Below, in pieces: positions 11,564 to 24,735 of a stretch of DNA of 64,000 bases. The stretch's first letter is position 1. Every line of letters starts with the position of its first letter. The translations under genes were made by a program, and so were the position numbers. Origin of the DNA: the human T2T-CHM13v2.0 reference genome, Homo sapiens; NCBI RefSeq assembly GCF_009914755.1, contig NC_060932.1. One strand, given 5' to 3'. A model generated the notes under the pieces. That model was not told the origin of the DNA. It did no database searches and saw only the letters and a list, made by a program, of their open reading frames with translations.

Positions 11564-13924
11564 AATGCACATCTCCAATAAACTATATAATCACTTCCAT
11601 ATGTCTGTGAGGTAGTTTGTTGCAGATGATAGTACCTTTTATGTGGCTATCATCCGAAAAGAGACCTTGTACCTTTTTAGGTTCAGGATTATTTTACGTT
11701 ATACCTTTAAGGTAAAATATAGCCAACATTTATTAAAAATATATTGAAGGGAGGTGAATTATTTACATAGGCATAAGTAATTTCCTTCATACTTTTAAGT
11801 ATAATCGCTAGGAAATTAAAGACATTTTTCAACTCTTTTGTAACCATTAAATACTTGAACCCATCCAAAGGATATGATAAAGAAGATAGAATTTCATTAT
11901 CCTTAAAACACTGCAAATTTATCCAAGTATAAATGAGAAAATCAGGCAACCAAGAAGATAAACTAAGTCTGGATAATCAAATTTAGGCTACAAAAAGATA
12001 AAACTCAGATAAAATTGAAAGGAAAGCATATAGAGAAAGAGAAGCAACAAAAGCAAGAATGCTAAAAAACAATTACCACTAAGGAGATGCAGTAAAAATA
12101 AAATCAATTGTAATTGTAGTTATAAAGGATAAACATTTTAACTGTTTAATACATGTAAGTATTAAATATTTCAGAATCATAATAATTGTAAAGATTTCTT
12201 TGACATTAATGCATAGGAAACTGGACAAAGTCCAAAGAAATGAATAAAGGCTTAATAATAAAACCCAATTATAGTTTAAAAAAAATGAAAGTCTCTTCCA
12301 GATACATAAAAAAACTGAACAAAACTAAGGAGTACAGAATTGATTTGTTTGCTTATTTCACTTTTAGCAACAGTCAAGAATAAAGAAGCATCTTTCTGGA
12401 AATCGTTATTTTTCCCTAATTTGAACCAATACCACAAATGAAAACTTGGACCAAACTTAAGAAAGTCTTTTATTTCCTTCAATTCAAAAAAGAACAATGA
12501 TAAATAAAGTAAAATGAGGTGTTGAATGAAATGACAAGATGTTTTTAATATGATAGCCGTTAAATATTTTAGTAACTATTTTTAGATTATCTACTTACAG
12601 GACAGCACTTGACTTGGGGCGAATGGATGTGGGTCCAGATCTCCAGACAGTTGTCAAGACAGCAAGTAATTTAATATAGATGAGTGTCAAAGATACAGAT
12701 ATATATTTGTTTAATTGCTGAAAAGATGGGTTGGTGATTGTGCTGGGGTTGAAAATTATTTGGTTGTTATCCTTGAAAAAACCTGAGGAAAGTATTCATA
12801 TAAAGAATTCATAGGAATTGTATGAATAGGGAGGTGTTTCAAAAGAAGGAAGAATTTATCTCTAAGAGGAGAAAAGCCAGTGTTACCACAGGGGCAGCTG
12901 ATAAGATAAGGAGGAAAGGGTAAGAGAAGGGTCCCACCCATACATCAGGGGCGCTGGGTGATATGAATGACCTAGGAGAAAGGTTAACTGTGAGTAACTT
13001 TACATCTAAACCTGATAAACATTTTCTGTTCCTACCTGAGAAAGGAGAGTTGAGATATCACTTCCTATCACTCTTGGAAGCCCTGATTGAAGCCCCTGCT
13101 GGGAGTACATGGTCCAAGTTGCATGAGTTCATATACCTCATCTTCCTTCAGTTATCTTTTCAGCAAACTTGTAGGAGCTGTCTGGTCTCTATCGGACATC
13201 TGTAAATGAAGAATTTGGGCAACAGAACTTTGCTGCATCTTTTCGGTTTTAATATTTAATTATTCTAGCAATTCTCTGAAACGGAACCATCATAAAATTC
13301 AAGTTAATGATTTCTATACACTCTATATACAGTGTCTTGACAAAATACTTAGAAGGTTTATGAAATTCAACACGTTTTAACTTGAAAACCAGATAAAGAT
13401 GTCAATACTCCGAGTGAGCTAATAATTCGATACATTTGATCTTCTGGAAATATCCAGTTAGGGTTTCATTTGGAGGAAAGGATGAGGGCTGGAGGATCAG
13501 GAAGAGAGGGGGTGAGGTGACTCCAGTAAGACAGGGTACTCACCCCTGCTGCAGAGCTGAGAAGGCCTGTTCTGTCATCCCAAGTCAGCTCTGGCTCCAA
13601 ACTTGAATGTCCCTGCCGGGAAGCCAGAAGCCCTGCAGTCAACTGGATTCACCCCTCCTAGAAGGTAGTTTAGCACAACTAGTTGTTGTGGAAACATGTC
13701 CCTTGTGGGGTGTCATCTCCTGTTTCCTGCACAACTACTCAAAGTATCCCTTCACCTCACATGGCATGTTATGTTGAACTGTCTCTGGAGAAATATTAGC
13801 CAGATTTTAATCAGGACACTATGTCTCGCCCTCTGTGACACTTTATTCAGACATAACCTCTTAGCTTCACTTTACTGAAGCATCAAATAAGAATGATGAT
13901 AAGAATAATAAAAATGAAACCAAT

Positions 13925-14030
13925 AATAACAATACGTACATCATAGGACTGTTTTCAGTGTTCAATGAAATAATGCATATAACATTTAGAAAAGACCTCA
14001 GCACCTAATGAACATTCTCTAAATTTTAGC
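13925..14030 (+). mobile_element. MIR fragment
   Basis: ataataacaatacgtacatcataggactgtt…aatgaaataatgcatataacatttagaa…aaattttagct. Confidence 0.55.
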
Positions 14031-14373
14031 TCTTTTTAAATCACACAGCATTCACTCCCTGTGTCACATTCTGGCAAACATGATGTCCTTGGTTTCAGTA
14101 CATTACTAGTGACACCATAGAGCCCTTTTAGGTAAGTTTCCCCTAGAAGCTACCCAGTGCATTGCCACTTAATTCAGCCCTAAATCATATTGGCCTAGTT
14201 CCTGGTAAAATGCTCTCAACACAACTATGTAAGTCATGCTGTGTCCCTGACCATTACCTCTACGTGTTCTCATTTGGCTAAAGTTTCCCCATTTTCAAAA
14301 TTGGGATAGAGATACTCAAGTAACAGAAGATTATGTGACATAATGTATATTTAGCATAGGGCTAGTTGCATAG

Positions 14374-14374
<1 letters not shown>

Positions 14375-14423
<49 letters not shown>

Positions 14424-14520
14424 ATTCTTTCCCTTTCTCTCTTCCTCTTTCCCTCTCCCTCCTATCTCACTCTCCCCTCTTTCTTCCTTTTCTTCCTCTC
14501 TCTCCTTCCTTTCTTCTGTT
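14375..14520. repeat. Compound (CT)9(CA)14 microsatellite followed by a ~100-bp pyrimidine-rich tract
   Basis: CT at 14375-14392, CA at 14393-14420, C/T-rich sequence to ~14520. Confidence 0.95.
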
Positions 14521-15972
14521 ATTCTATTACTGTTAAAAGGACAGTTTATATTATACATTTATATTAAAAGTATATATCTTATAGGCTTTTATTTCTACTG
14601 ATTCCTTCCATCAATAAATGAAAGGTATAGATACAATTATTTGATTTTTAATGAGAATTAATTTATCCCAATGTATCAATGCTCACTAGATTTGCATTTT
14701 AAGTGTGGAGTATAAAGATTCAATTTAAGTAAAAGAAAAACAGATTGTAGGGAGTAGATGAGGAGAATGTTTGTTAATTAAGGCATAAAACTGATTTTGC
14801 AAACAAAACAACTCTAGCCCATTTGGGATTCTTGAAGAGGGCAGGAAGAAGAGTGGGGTGCCTGGACGTGCCCTTCTCTTCAGCTTCTCTCTCTGTCCCT
14901 TATGTCTATATTTTTTCTTCCTACTTTTCGGAATGAAGGTTCCCCAGGTTCCACTTTCACCAAGGACTCTGCTCCCCCTCAGCCACTGCCCCTGCCTTTC
15001 TCTCACCTGCCTACCCTACTGCAGCATGGTGCTCATGAAGTTGGCTTGTATTCACCGGGTATATGTAAGGTCCCCAATCCCTCCAAGATTCAAGCCACTA
15101 GGCCCAGATGTGAGGTTCAGGAGTAGATGCTCTAAATGCACTGAGGCGAGAAAAGTAACATAAGAAAGGATTGAGGAGCTGGAAATTGCCTATATGGAGC
15201 CTAAGAAACTCAGCCCTGATATAAGGTCTGGAGGAGAAAGGTGGGCCAAACATTGACGAGTACAAGTCTGGCTGTTTGTTTTAGTGTGTATCTGTTTATA
15301 TATACATGTGGATTTTAAGGTGTATAGGTGTGATGATCGATGAGGCTGGAGGGTGGGGGCTTCTTGTACATATGAATGAAGTGAATTGTCACATGGTCTT
15401 TCCAAAAACTGTTCAGATTGATATTAATTATACATAATGGAGAATTAAAAGTGTGAAAAGTGAAAAACTACAAATTTGACTGTATATAATCAAATAGTAA
15501 TGCTAATATCAATGACATTTGAGTCATTAGTCCATTACTGCCTAATCATCACCACGTTTATTCATATCATAAATATATACCACCTATATACTGCCTAAAA
15601 CAGAAAAACTGTTTTAATTCTATTGAATTGCCACAGTTTTCGTGCCTTGTTGGTCTTATGGCATTGGTGTCTAAGAAATCAGCAAATAGCTTTTATAAAG
15701 GAGACATTGCTTATTAAATATGGCTTTGTTCCTGTGAATTTAAAATACATCATTAGATCTTCATACCTGTGAATATGTACAATTTCATCAAAATCTATAT
15801 ACTGAGAACTCACGTAATGAGAGAATGCATTCAAATTAACACTGGGACTAAAAGATGTGAAATGACAAGTATTTTAATTATATAAAAAAGTTACTGTAGT
15901 CAATAAACATGAATTGGCTCTTGTCTAAATTTATTGAAAAAGAATTTGTGATTGTATGGACTTTATCATTGA

Positions 15973-16480
<508 letters not shown>

Positions 16481-17599
16481 TGGAATGTACAGTAATGCAG
16501 ACACTGACTATGCCCTAAAGCAAGATATAACCATAGGGGTCTTTGACAAACAGTCTTACCAAAGAGTTTAGTTCATCAAAAGTCAAGGACACTGAACAGA
16601 ATATTGCTGAAAACTTATAGAATATTATTCTTGGTATATGTGGTTACAAAATATAATTATTTAAGTAAAAAAAAATCCTTTACACTGAAACAATGCTTCT
16701 ATGAAGAGTTATGGAGATGATATTTCCCGCTACTAGTAGGTAGCCTGGATTTGTTCACACTTAAAAAAGAATAACTTTGAACAGCTGAGTATCTCCACTT
16801 CTGCTTCTTGGCAAAAAGGTGAAACTTAATACATAACAAGGAAGTCTTATGACATAGAAATTTTTCACTAGCATGTGGGTCCTTCTGTATTTTAAATAAC
16901 AACTAATTTCAGACACCCAAGTCAGCACCCAAAGGTGTCTTTGAAACCATGTTCTCATTTGGAGTGTTTGGGAGAGGCAGTGTTCCTGGGCTTCTGCTGA
17001 ATGCCAGGCATTGCTCTCAGAAAAGGACAGTACAAGCTATAATGAAGGCAGAGCTTCCACCTTGTCCACTTGAGTGACAGTGTGAAACATATTCAGATAG
17101 GGATATGCCCCAACTACTGTCAAAGTAGAGAACTGAGGACTAAACTGAGGCCCCAGGGGTTGGGGGTGGGGGAAGCTTCTGGAGAGGCTTCTTGCAAGCA
17201 GGAGCAGAGTGCCTGCTACATAGTAGGCACTCAACAAGCCTGAGAACCTATTGTGTGCACCTTCTATGTAAAGTTCTGTGGATATAAATGTGAAAATGTG
17301 CAATTTCTGTTTTGCCTGAGAAGTATAGACTGGGGAAATAGACAAAACTAAAATTGAGAATTGCTTTAATAATTGAACATACAAAGTGTATCAGAGATTC
17401 TCAGAAGAAAAGAATTTAGCAGAGTTTCAAAATAATATACAAATTTCAGTATTCTATAGTGGTTAAAAGATATATGAACCTAATTTTTAATTTATATAAA
17501 TACTAAACAAGGTTTTTATATTTAGATTTTCAGTTTTGCAATTCTTGCTAAATATATGAATCTATTCTTAATCCAACATTGCTTCATGGACAGCAGTTT

Positions 17600-17878
17600 A
17601 GTAGTACAGATTTCATTAGAGAACTTAACTGCTATAGGATCGGGGGAGGTGAAGGAAATACAATTTTCCCTAGAAGATTTACATTAAACAGAGTAGTTAC
17701 AGGCTGTAGCATCTCCCCTGTAATTTTATGAGAATGGTATTACCCTGGCTTTCACTGTGTGATTGCTGGTTACCTTCTGTCAGTGAGCAACAGTCTTACT
17801 GCAAAGCAGGAGCACAACCCGTCTCTTTGTCTCCGTGGTCAAATCAATTACTTCTTAGAAAGTCTAATTTTTTTCAAA
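17600..17878 (+). promoter_or_regulatory. RALYL: Putative non-CpG internal promoter / 5' UTR of the short RALYL isoform (TSS not determinable)
   Basis: Repeat-free unique sequence immediately upstream of the ATG exon; no CpG island. Position is inferred only. Confidence 0.45.
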
Positions 17879-17915
17879 ATGACCATGTACAAGAGCAAAC
17901 GCAGACATCAGAGAT
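17879..17915 (+). CDS. RALYL: Coding part of the alternative first exon of RALYL ([12 protein letters not shown] + T, phase-1 donor)
   Basis: ATG at 17879 with A at -3; ATGACCATGTACAAGAGCAAACGCAGACATCAGAGAT followed by the consensus donor GTAAGT (17916-17921). The peptide matches my recollection of the short RALYL isoform N-terminus [22 protein letters not shown]. The dangling T would complete TAT (Tyr) with the next exon, which lies outside the window. Confidence 0.8.
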
Positions 17916-18111
17916 GTAAGTAAAATCTGACCCAACTTTTTCATATCACTGGGGTAGGGAAAACATACTTGATTTCTTAAAAGACTAATCATGACTTCTT
18001 CAGATACATCCTGGTAGTAGAAAAGATACTGTAGCTTTTCTCACCCTAACCTTTATCTTTATTCCTGTAACATGCATGAAAGATGTTGAGGGCAGAGGGG
18101 ATAATTCGCTT

Positions 18112-18125
18112 GTTACCATGGAAAC
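18112..18125. promoter_or_regulatory. Candidate RFX X-box (GTTACCATGGAAAC)
   Basis: 14-bp near-perfect palindrome matching the RFX X-box consensus, in unique DNA ~200 bp downstream of the exon. Occupancy unknown. Confidence 0.5.
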
Positions 18126-21100
18126 CCTTGGAAAGGTTTACAAAATCAACAGAGAAACAGATCAAATGCAATTTCAGTCTAGCTCAGCATCCTTCATTCA
18201 GGCATGATCACTGGACAGTTCTCTTTTTTGCTTTTCTAGGAGTGATAGATTTTCTTTCCTGGAAGTCTATTGAAAGGTTTGGGAAGCTAGCCTAAAACTT
18301 CTCGTTATTCATCCAATTTCAATTACAACTCTTAGGGAGTAGAAAGCAGTTCAGAATGGAGGGGAGAGAGTTAATTGTGAATGACAAGCTAAATATTTAA
18401 CAGGATATTCATTGCCAAACTTCTTGGTCCAGAGCATGCTAGTGACATAATTCACTACAGGCACCATTTCAAAGGGTTAAAAGGAGTCATCTGCAGTCTT
18501 CCCTAAAGGAACTGATTCTGGCTGAAAAGGAGCAGCACAATTACCCTGGCGTAAAGTCCAGAACAAAGATTATTATGGAACTGAAAGCTATCAGGATCTT
18601 GCTAAAAATCAAAAGATTGTTATAACACTATTTTACGGTAAAGCAATATGCCTCTCAAGAAAAGCTTTACAATCACCTCTCTCTAGTAAGTTTAACTCTT
18701 TATCACTTTATCTTTTCTATTGTCTAAAGTAAATAATACCATATTTAGCCCAAAATGGTCTGTCACTGTCTCTATTTATCGTCATAGACAGGTAACGGCA
18801 ACTTACTCTGTACTCAAAGTCTGTACTTTTTCATTATTTCTTTTGATGTCTTTAAATGTTATCAAATATTTTGAAAATCAAAGTCTATCAGTCACAATTA
18901 TCCTATCAAAAAGCCAATAAATCATATAAAGATAATTTTTAGTGCGATAATTTATTCTTTGGTCTGTTTTCACCTAAGATCTGAAAACTAACATTTCTCC
19001 TGTTCAAAGAAGTTTCATGCACCACAGAAAGCTCTGAGGGCTAGGCTGCCAGTTTGATTCTGCAAGCTTGATTGCCTTTTGATGCCAGTTCTTTCTTGTG
19101 ATAAAGAAACAATATATGATAACTGCTACTTTTTTCAGGTAAAAATGATTGGTGTGAAGTCTACACATATATTGCTGATTAATTTTCTTGTGATTTCCTC
19201 TTACAAGAATGAATCTAAATTATGCATAGATTTGAAAACCATCTTGTGCCTTTACTCCTGTATCTTTTATATATCCCTCATTTTTTTTCCTTGTGGATTA
19301 TCAATGCCTTAATGCACATGGAAAATAAGAGATTCACAGAAAAATTATACTGAGTGTCTCCCCTTAAAATGTGCTCACTGAAGTCTGCGATTAAGCAGCA
19401 GGAAGAAATTGTGAATTACATGAGACAAGTCAGAAGATGTATAATTATACAGGCATAAACACAGTAGGGTGTACTGGAATGGTTCAGTTAAAAAAACTAA
19501 TGTGTTACTTAAATTTAATTGTATCAACTATTTTATGTTGCATTAAGTTTTTCTATATTCTAATAATATAAAATATCAGAGAGCAGGAACATAATAAAAT
19601 TAAAGTATATAGAAAGCTTAGCAATAAAAGCAAATAGAATCCTTAAATGAATTTCTTAAACTAACAATATTTGCAAAAGTAGAATGTAATACAATGGTTT
19701 GCATTCCAATGCGTAAACAGAAAAACTGGAATTTTCCCATCACCAAAATCCAGGGCATTTCCATTTTCAGTCATATCTTTTATGCGTGGGTTTTTGATCA
19801 TATAAAAGGCATAAACTTACCTAGAGGCAATTGTAATCCAATTAAGGCAATAATTGTACATTCAAGAAAACCTCACTGTAGGAAAGAAGGAAAGTCTTCT
19901 TACAATTTTCTTTAAAAATGAGATAGTACATAAATCAACTTTCTAATTTTTCTCATTATCCAAAGATTTAATATGGTATCTTTTAGTAAAAATAAGTGTT
20001 TCCTTTCAGAGGATCTGACAAAAGGAATAGTAAAGGTGCATGTGGCTATGTCAGGAGTTTGAGGAAAAAGGAGAGAACAAAAATACTTATGAGAGAGATT
20101 TTAAAGTACAAATTGTACTAAACCTTTGAAGATTCATGTGGGGCTTTGAAATTCATTCTCTACTCATATTGAGATTAGTTATTTATAATTCACTATACAA
20201 GAGGAGGAGAGGGAGGGAAGAGTGCCCATTGCCTTGCTTCTGATAGTACAATTGCTAGGTAAAAGGAACAGCTTAGTGTTCACTCAAATAGCAGATCTTA
20301 CTTGTGCAAAACTTCATTAAATACTTTCAACTGTATACAGAATATTTTGAGTGGTATTAAAAAATGTTTGCATATATCAGATGCTGATATTGCCAGAGCC
20401 AAACAGGTACAGACCAATTTAAGGAATTCTAATACATGCAAACCTGTTTTTTTAAAATTCGGATTGATTTGGGAATTAATGTTTAACTTTTGAGTCCATT
20501 TAAATACTAAGTTTTTATACATATATAATAACAAAATTTATTTAACTGTGAAGTTTATGTTTAAATTTTCAAAAATTTCTGTATACAACAAGGAAAACCT
20601 GTAACCTCCCTTGCTGAAACTCCACATGACCTTGAGAAAACATTTTTGGAGTTTTATAAAAGACACATGAAGGTACATTTTTAAAAAATGAATATGTTTT
20701 TAAAACACTGACGTAGAGGAAAAAGTAGAGTAGAAGCCATAGGATTTTGAAAATAGCACAATACCTGTGCCATGGCAAAGAAAACAGTGTGAATCGAGTT
20801 TCAGATATGTAACATTTCATCTTATTTTACTGAATTGGAACAGATCATGTATTTTTTATTCCTAATAATATCTTTGGGTGAGCTTATCGACCTTATCCAT
20901 ATTATCATGGAAATACTTGAGATCACTTCAGAAATCTAAATACTAGTCATCATAGCCCTCTTCTTATAGTCTTGGCCAATTATCTATTATTTCTGTGGGT
21001 TGCAATCTCTTCTGTAAGTTTAGTAGATTGCACTGAGAAAGTGTTCTGTAGGGTACCTTCCATCTCTAACCCTCATTGCCTCCATAACACAACCCTCATC

Positions 21101-21148
21101 AGGTCATTCCCCTACTCAAAGACATTAATGGTTTCTCATTGACTAGAT

Positions 21149-21509
21149 AATGGTGGCTCTGGGCTTGTGTGCTTCAGATCCTTGGGTGCCCATGGAGTTA
21201 CTACAAGGTTACTACATATTAATATTTACATAAATATGAATCATTGTATAATGAAGAAAAATATATGTGTATATGGACATACACGTGTATATATACATAA
21301 ACATATACATACATATATGCTTTTAAAGTTCTAAAATATGTTTAATAAAAACAAATGTATTTAAAAGGTGGTGTACTGCATTTGTAATAGCTTTTTATAC
21401 CATATATTTTACTTTAAAAAAAAACTATAGTACATGCAGCCCTCATTATGTTTTGGTATTCTTTTTTTTTAAAAAAAAACTTCATACTCCCGAAGGTTGA
21501 GAATCACTG
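21149..21509. mobile_element. Possible hAT-Charlie/MER5-like DNA transposon remnant
   Basis: Right end ttgagaatcactg resembles the Charlie TIR and is flanked by actaga-type target sequence on both sides. The interior is AT-rich and degenerate. Confidence 0.35.
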
Positions 21510-21633
21510 AACTAGAAAGTGAGTACAAGCAAGACCTTATAATGTAGAAATTTACATGATTGTCATCTGCCCACTACTTTCTTCTCTTCCTGGTACCACC
21601 TATATTCTACCCTTTATCAAGCTACCAATTGTC

Positions 21634-21939
21634 AGCCAGGCGCAGTGTCTCATGCCTGTAATCCCAGCAATTTGGGAGGCCAAGGCGGGAGGATTACTTG
21701 AGTTCAGGAGTTCAAGACCAGCCTGGGCATCATGGTGAAACCCCATCTCTACTAAAAATACCAAAATTAGCTGGGCGTGGTGGCAGACACCTATAATCCC
21801 AGCTACATGGGAGGCTGAGGCACAATAATCGCTTGAACCCAAGAGGTGGAGGTTGCAGTGAGCCAAGATTGCACCACTGCACTCCAGCATGAGTGACAGA
21901 GCTAGACTCCATCTCAAAAAAACAAACAAATAAACAAAA
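21634..21939 (+). mobile_element. Alu (AluJb/AluSz-like)
   Basis: Full dimer with A-rich tail. TSD aagctac(c/g)aattgtc at 21619-21633 and 21940-21954. Confidence 0.96.
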
Positions 21940-22143
21940 AAGCTACGAATTGTCCTTGAAATTCACTATATTCTCTTATCTCTATGCCTTTGCCTATTTA
22001 TCTTCTTGTTGATAGATGGCCTTCACCTGCACCTTCACACCTCTCTGTTGAAGGTTTCACTCACATGCCACATCCTTCCTAAATGCCTCTCCAGTTTCTA
22101 AGTCAAATTGCTCTTTCCCTTCTATCTTTTCAGTTCATATATT

Positions 22144-22456
22144 TTTGTTTGTTTGTTTGTTTGTTTGTTTTGAGACAGAGCCTCACTCTGTCACCAAGCT
22201 GGAGTGCAGCGGTACAATCTCAGCTCACTGCACTGCAAACTCTGCCTCCAGGTTCAAGCTATTCTCCTTCCACAGCCTCCTGAGTAGCTGGGATTACAGG
22301 TGCCCACCACCATGGCTGGCTCATTTTTGTATTTTTAGTAGAGATAGGGTTTCACCATGTTGCCCAGGCTGGTCTTGAACTCCTGACCTCAGGTGATCTG
22401 CCTGCCTTGGCCTCCCAAAGTGCTGGGATTACAGTTGTGAGCCACTGCACTCGGCC
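22144..22456 (-). mobile_element. AluS (AluSx-like) with (TTTG)n tail
   Basis: Antisense dimer. TSD tcagttcatatatt at 22130-22143 and 22457-22470. Confidence 0.96.
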
Positions 22457-22649
22457 TCAGTTCATATATTGTAATTTTTCTTAAAATTTCTATATTCTGT
22501 CTTATATATAGAAAATTATCTATTTACACCACTAATCTCTAAGTTTCTTTCATATAAGGTATTCTTTATTCTTGTTTGATACATTCTCAGTGCATAATAT
22601 GATGCTTTGCCCATCAAAATCCATGGCTGTCTAATGAAGTTTATCGACT

Positions 22650-23060
22650 TAAATATATATTTTTGACCACCTACTACTTTCCAGAGACTGCTCTAATGGT
22701 AGGGCTATAGCAATGAGCAAAACAACATTTTATTGAAGATAAGATGACACACAAATAAATATGTAATATGCTATGTAATGCTAAGTGCTATGGAGAAAAA
22801 TAAAGCAAGTAAGGGAGAAATGGAGTTTTGGAATGTGGAGTGAGGAATTTCTATTGTCTATGGGGAAGTCAGGAAAAGCCACTTACTAAGGGGACATTTG
22901 ATCAGACACCCTAAAGAAGGAGGAAATCGGTTCAGTTTCTCTCTGGATAGTTACAAGTAGAAATAGCATATGCAAAGTCCCTGAGGAACATTGGGATAAT
23001 TGAAGGACCAAGAAAGAGTCCAATAAGTAGAGTGACTAAAGATGAGGTCAAAAAAGCATG
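22650..23060 (-). mobile_element. L2 fragment
   Basis: tttttgaccacctactact…aagtgctatggagaaaaataaagcaag…gtcaggaaaagcc…gacatttga. Confidence 0.75.
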
Positions 23061-24735
23061 AGGAACATTGGATAGATAGAGTAGGACAGACAACAGATTT
23101 TAACTGAAAAGTCCATTTCATTTGTAACTGAATTAAGACATAATATGTATATACTAACTTTTAGAAATCACTATCCATATTTCTAAGTGACTTGTGCAAT
23201 AATTTTTAAATGACAAGTTTTAAAAGTATTTTTAAAATAATCACTCTCCATACATGGCAAGGCATGCAGTCATTGACTGGAAGACAATCAAATTTTGGTC
23301 ATCCAGAAGTCCAAAAGATATTGTTTGACCAGGAATATTTTCTGACTTATCTTCTTATAAATATCCTTGTATTCTTTATTACAAGAATTAAAATTAAGTC
23401 TACCTCTCTTTAAAAATCTTCCTATGAGAAAAAGTAAATTTACATTTTGATAGAATTGTTCTAAGGCTTTTTAAGGCATTGACAGGGAAAAACAAGGCTG
23501 TTGCCAGTCTCAATTGATGTGTAAAATTGGTCTCTCAGTGATCAACAGTGATAATAGGTTTGATATTTTGTAATTTTTAGAATATGACTTGTCTTAGCAG
23601 TCACATATTTATTAATGTGTTGTGTTTTATAGAAGTCTTGTTTAAAGGTACTTATTGAAATTGATTACAAATTAAATAGCAATATAAAAATGGATTATTT
23701 AAAACAAATACTTATGTTGATACCATGATTTCTTTGTAACTGTGAAGACAGAAGAAATAATTTGTTATTAATTCCCAAATTACTTCATATCTTAAGTGTT
23801 GATCTTTTTTGTTACCTAACGAGTTGAAAATGTGATCTAGGTTTTAAAACTTTTTTTAAGTTTATACCAGAAAAAACAAACTATTTTTAGGCTTGATTGG
23901 TAAAGGCTCTCTAGAGGACACTATTAAATTCAATCTTTGATTTCTCTATTATTGATGCTTGTAGGGAATTCTGGTATGATATATGCAATGTCTTCAGCCC
24001 TTTTTATTCTCAAGTTCTAGTATGAATTCTATAACTGGTAGAAATTGAGAAATTGTAATTTTATAGATTCCTCCATGGAATCACATGTGCATGGATAGAA
24101 TCAGTGCAGTCTGAATGAGCATGCACAATGGGACTATAAATGCCAGTTTGGGAGCAGAGACGTACAAAGGCTGACTGATAACACCCCGATACAGATTGAC
24201 CTTAAATGGAAATGCATATTGGTCTGCCTCATATCCTTAATCACAGGCTTTTACAGGCTCCAGCCTGTGACTGGTTCTGCCTGCAGAAATATATTATCTC
24301 TCTCTCTTTCTCTCTCTGTGTCTCTCTCAGAAAAAAATCTGATGATATTCATGTATTTTTCTGTTTAACAATGCCCCACACATTCAAAGGTCACTTTTGT
24401 ACCAGGTGAGCATTTGTCCATTTCTCTCCTGTACTTTCAGAAAACAACTTGACTATCATATGTCACCTGCTCTTTTAATTTCTCTTCTAAGAATCTGTGC
24501 TGCATTTATATCTACACTTGCATAAAAACCGTGGCATTTACTCTGTCCCCAGGTGTTTAGGTAATTGTTTTCTGCAGAGTATACTTTATCACTTCAAAAA
24601 ATGTTACAGTTAAAAAATAATGTTAATTTGTATCTGTTGATAAAAGAATTATACATGTGAAACAACAAGACACTTAGGAAAATAAGATTGGTGTTAAATG
24701 AAGATATTAGTCTATCATTTTAACATACTGTCATG

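Noticed and set aside
17156-17173. G-quadruplex upstream of the internal exon (ggggttgggggtggggg)
   Set aside because: Only three clear G-runs, which is insufficient for a canonical three-tier G4.
19440-20820. AT-rich stretches that might be old DNA-transposon remnants
   Set aside because: No TIR/TSD or family motif could be identified with confidence by eye.
24134-24405. Second alternative coding first exon (TATAAA near 24134, ATG at 24371, donor at 24406)
   Set aside because: The ATG-to-donor length is 35 nt (phase 2), incompatible with the phase-1 intron, and TATAAA is common in AT-rich DNA.
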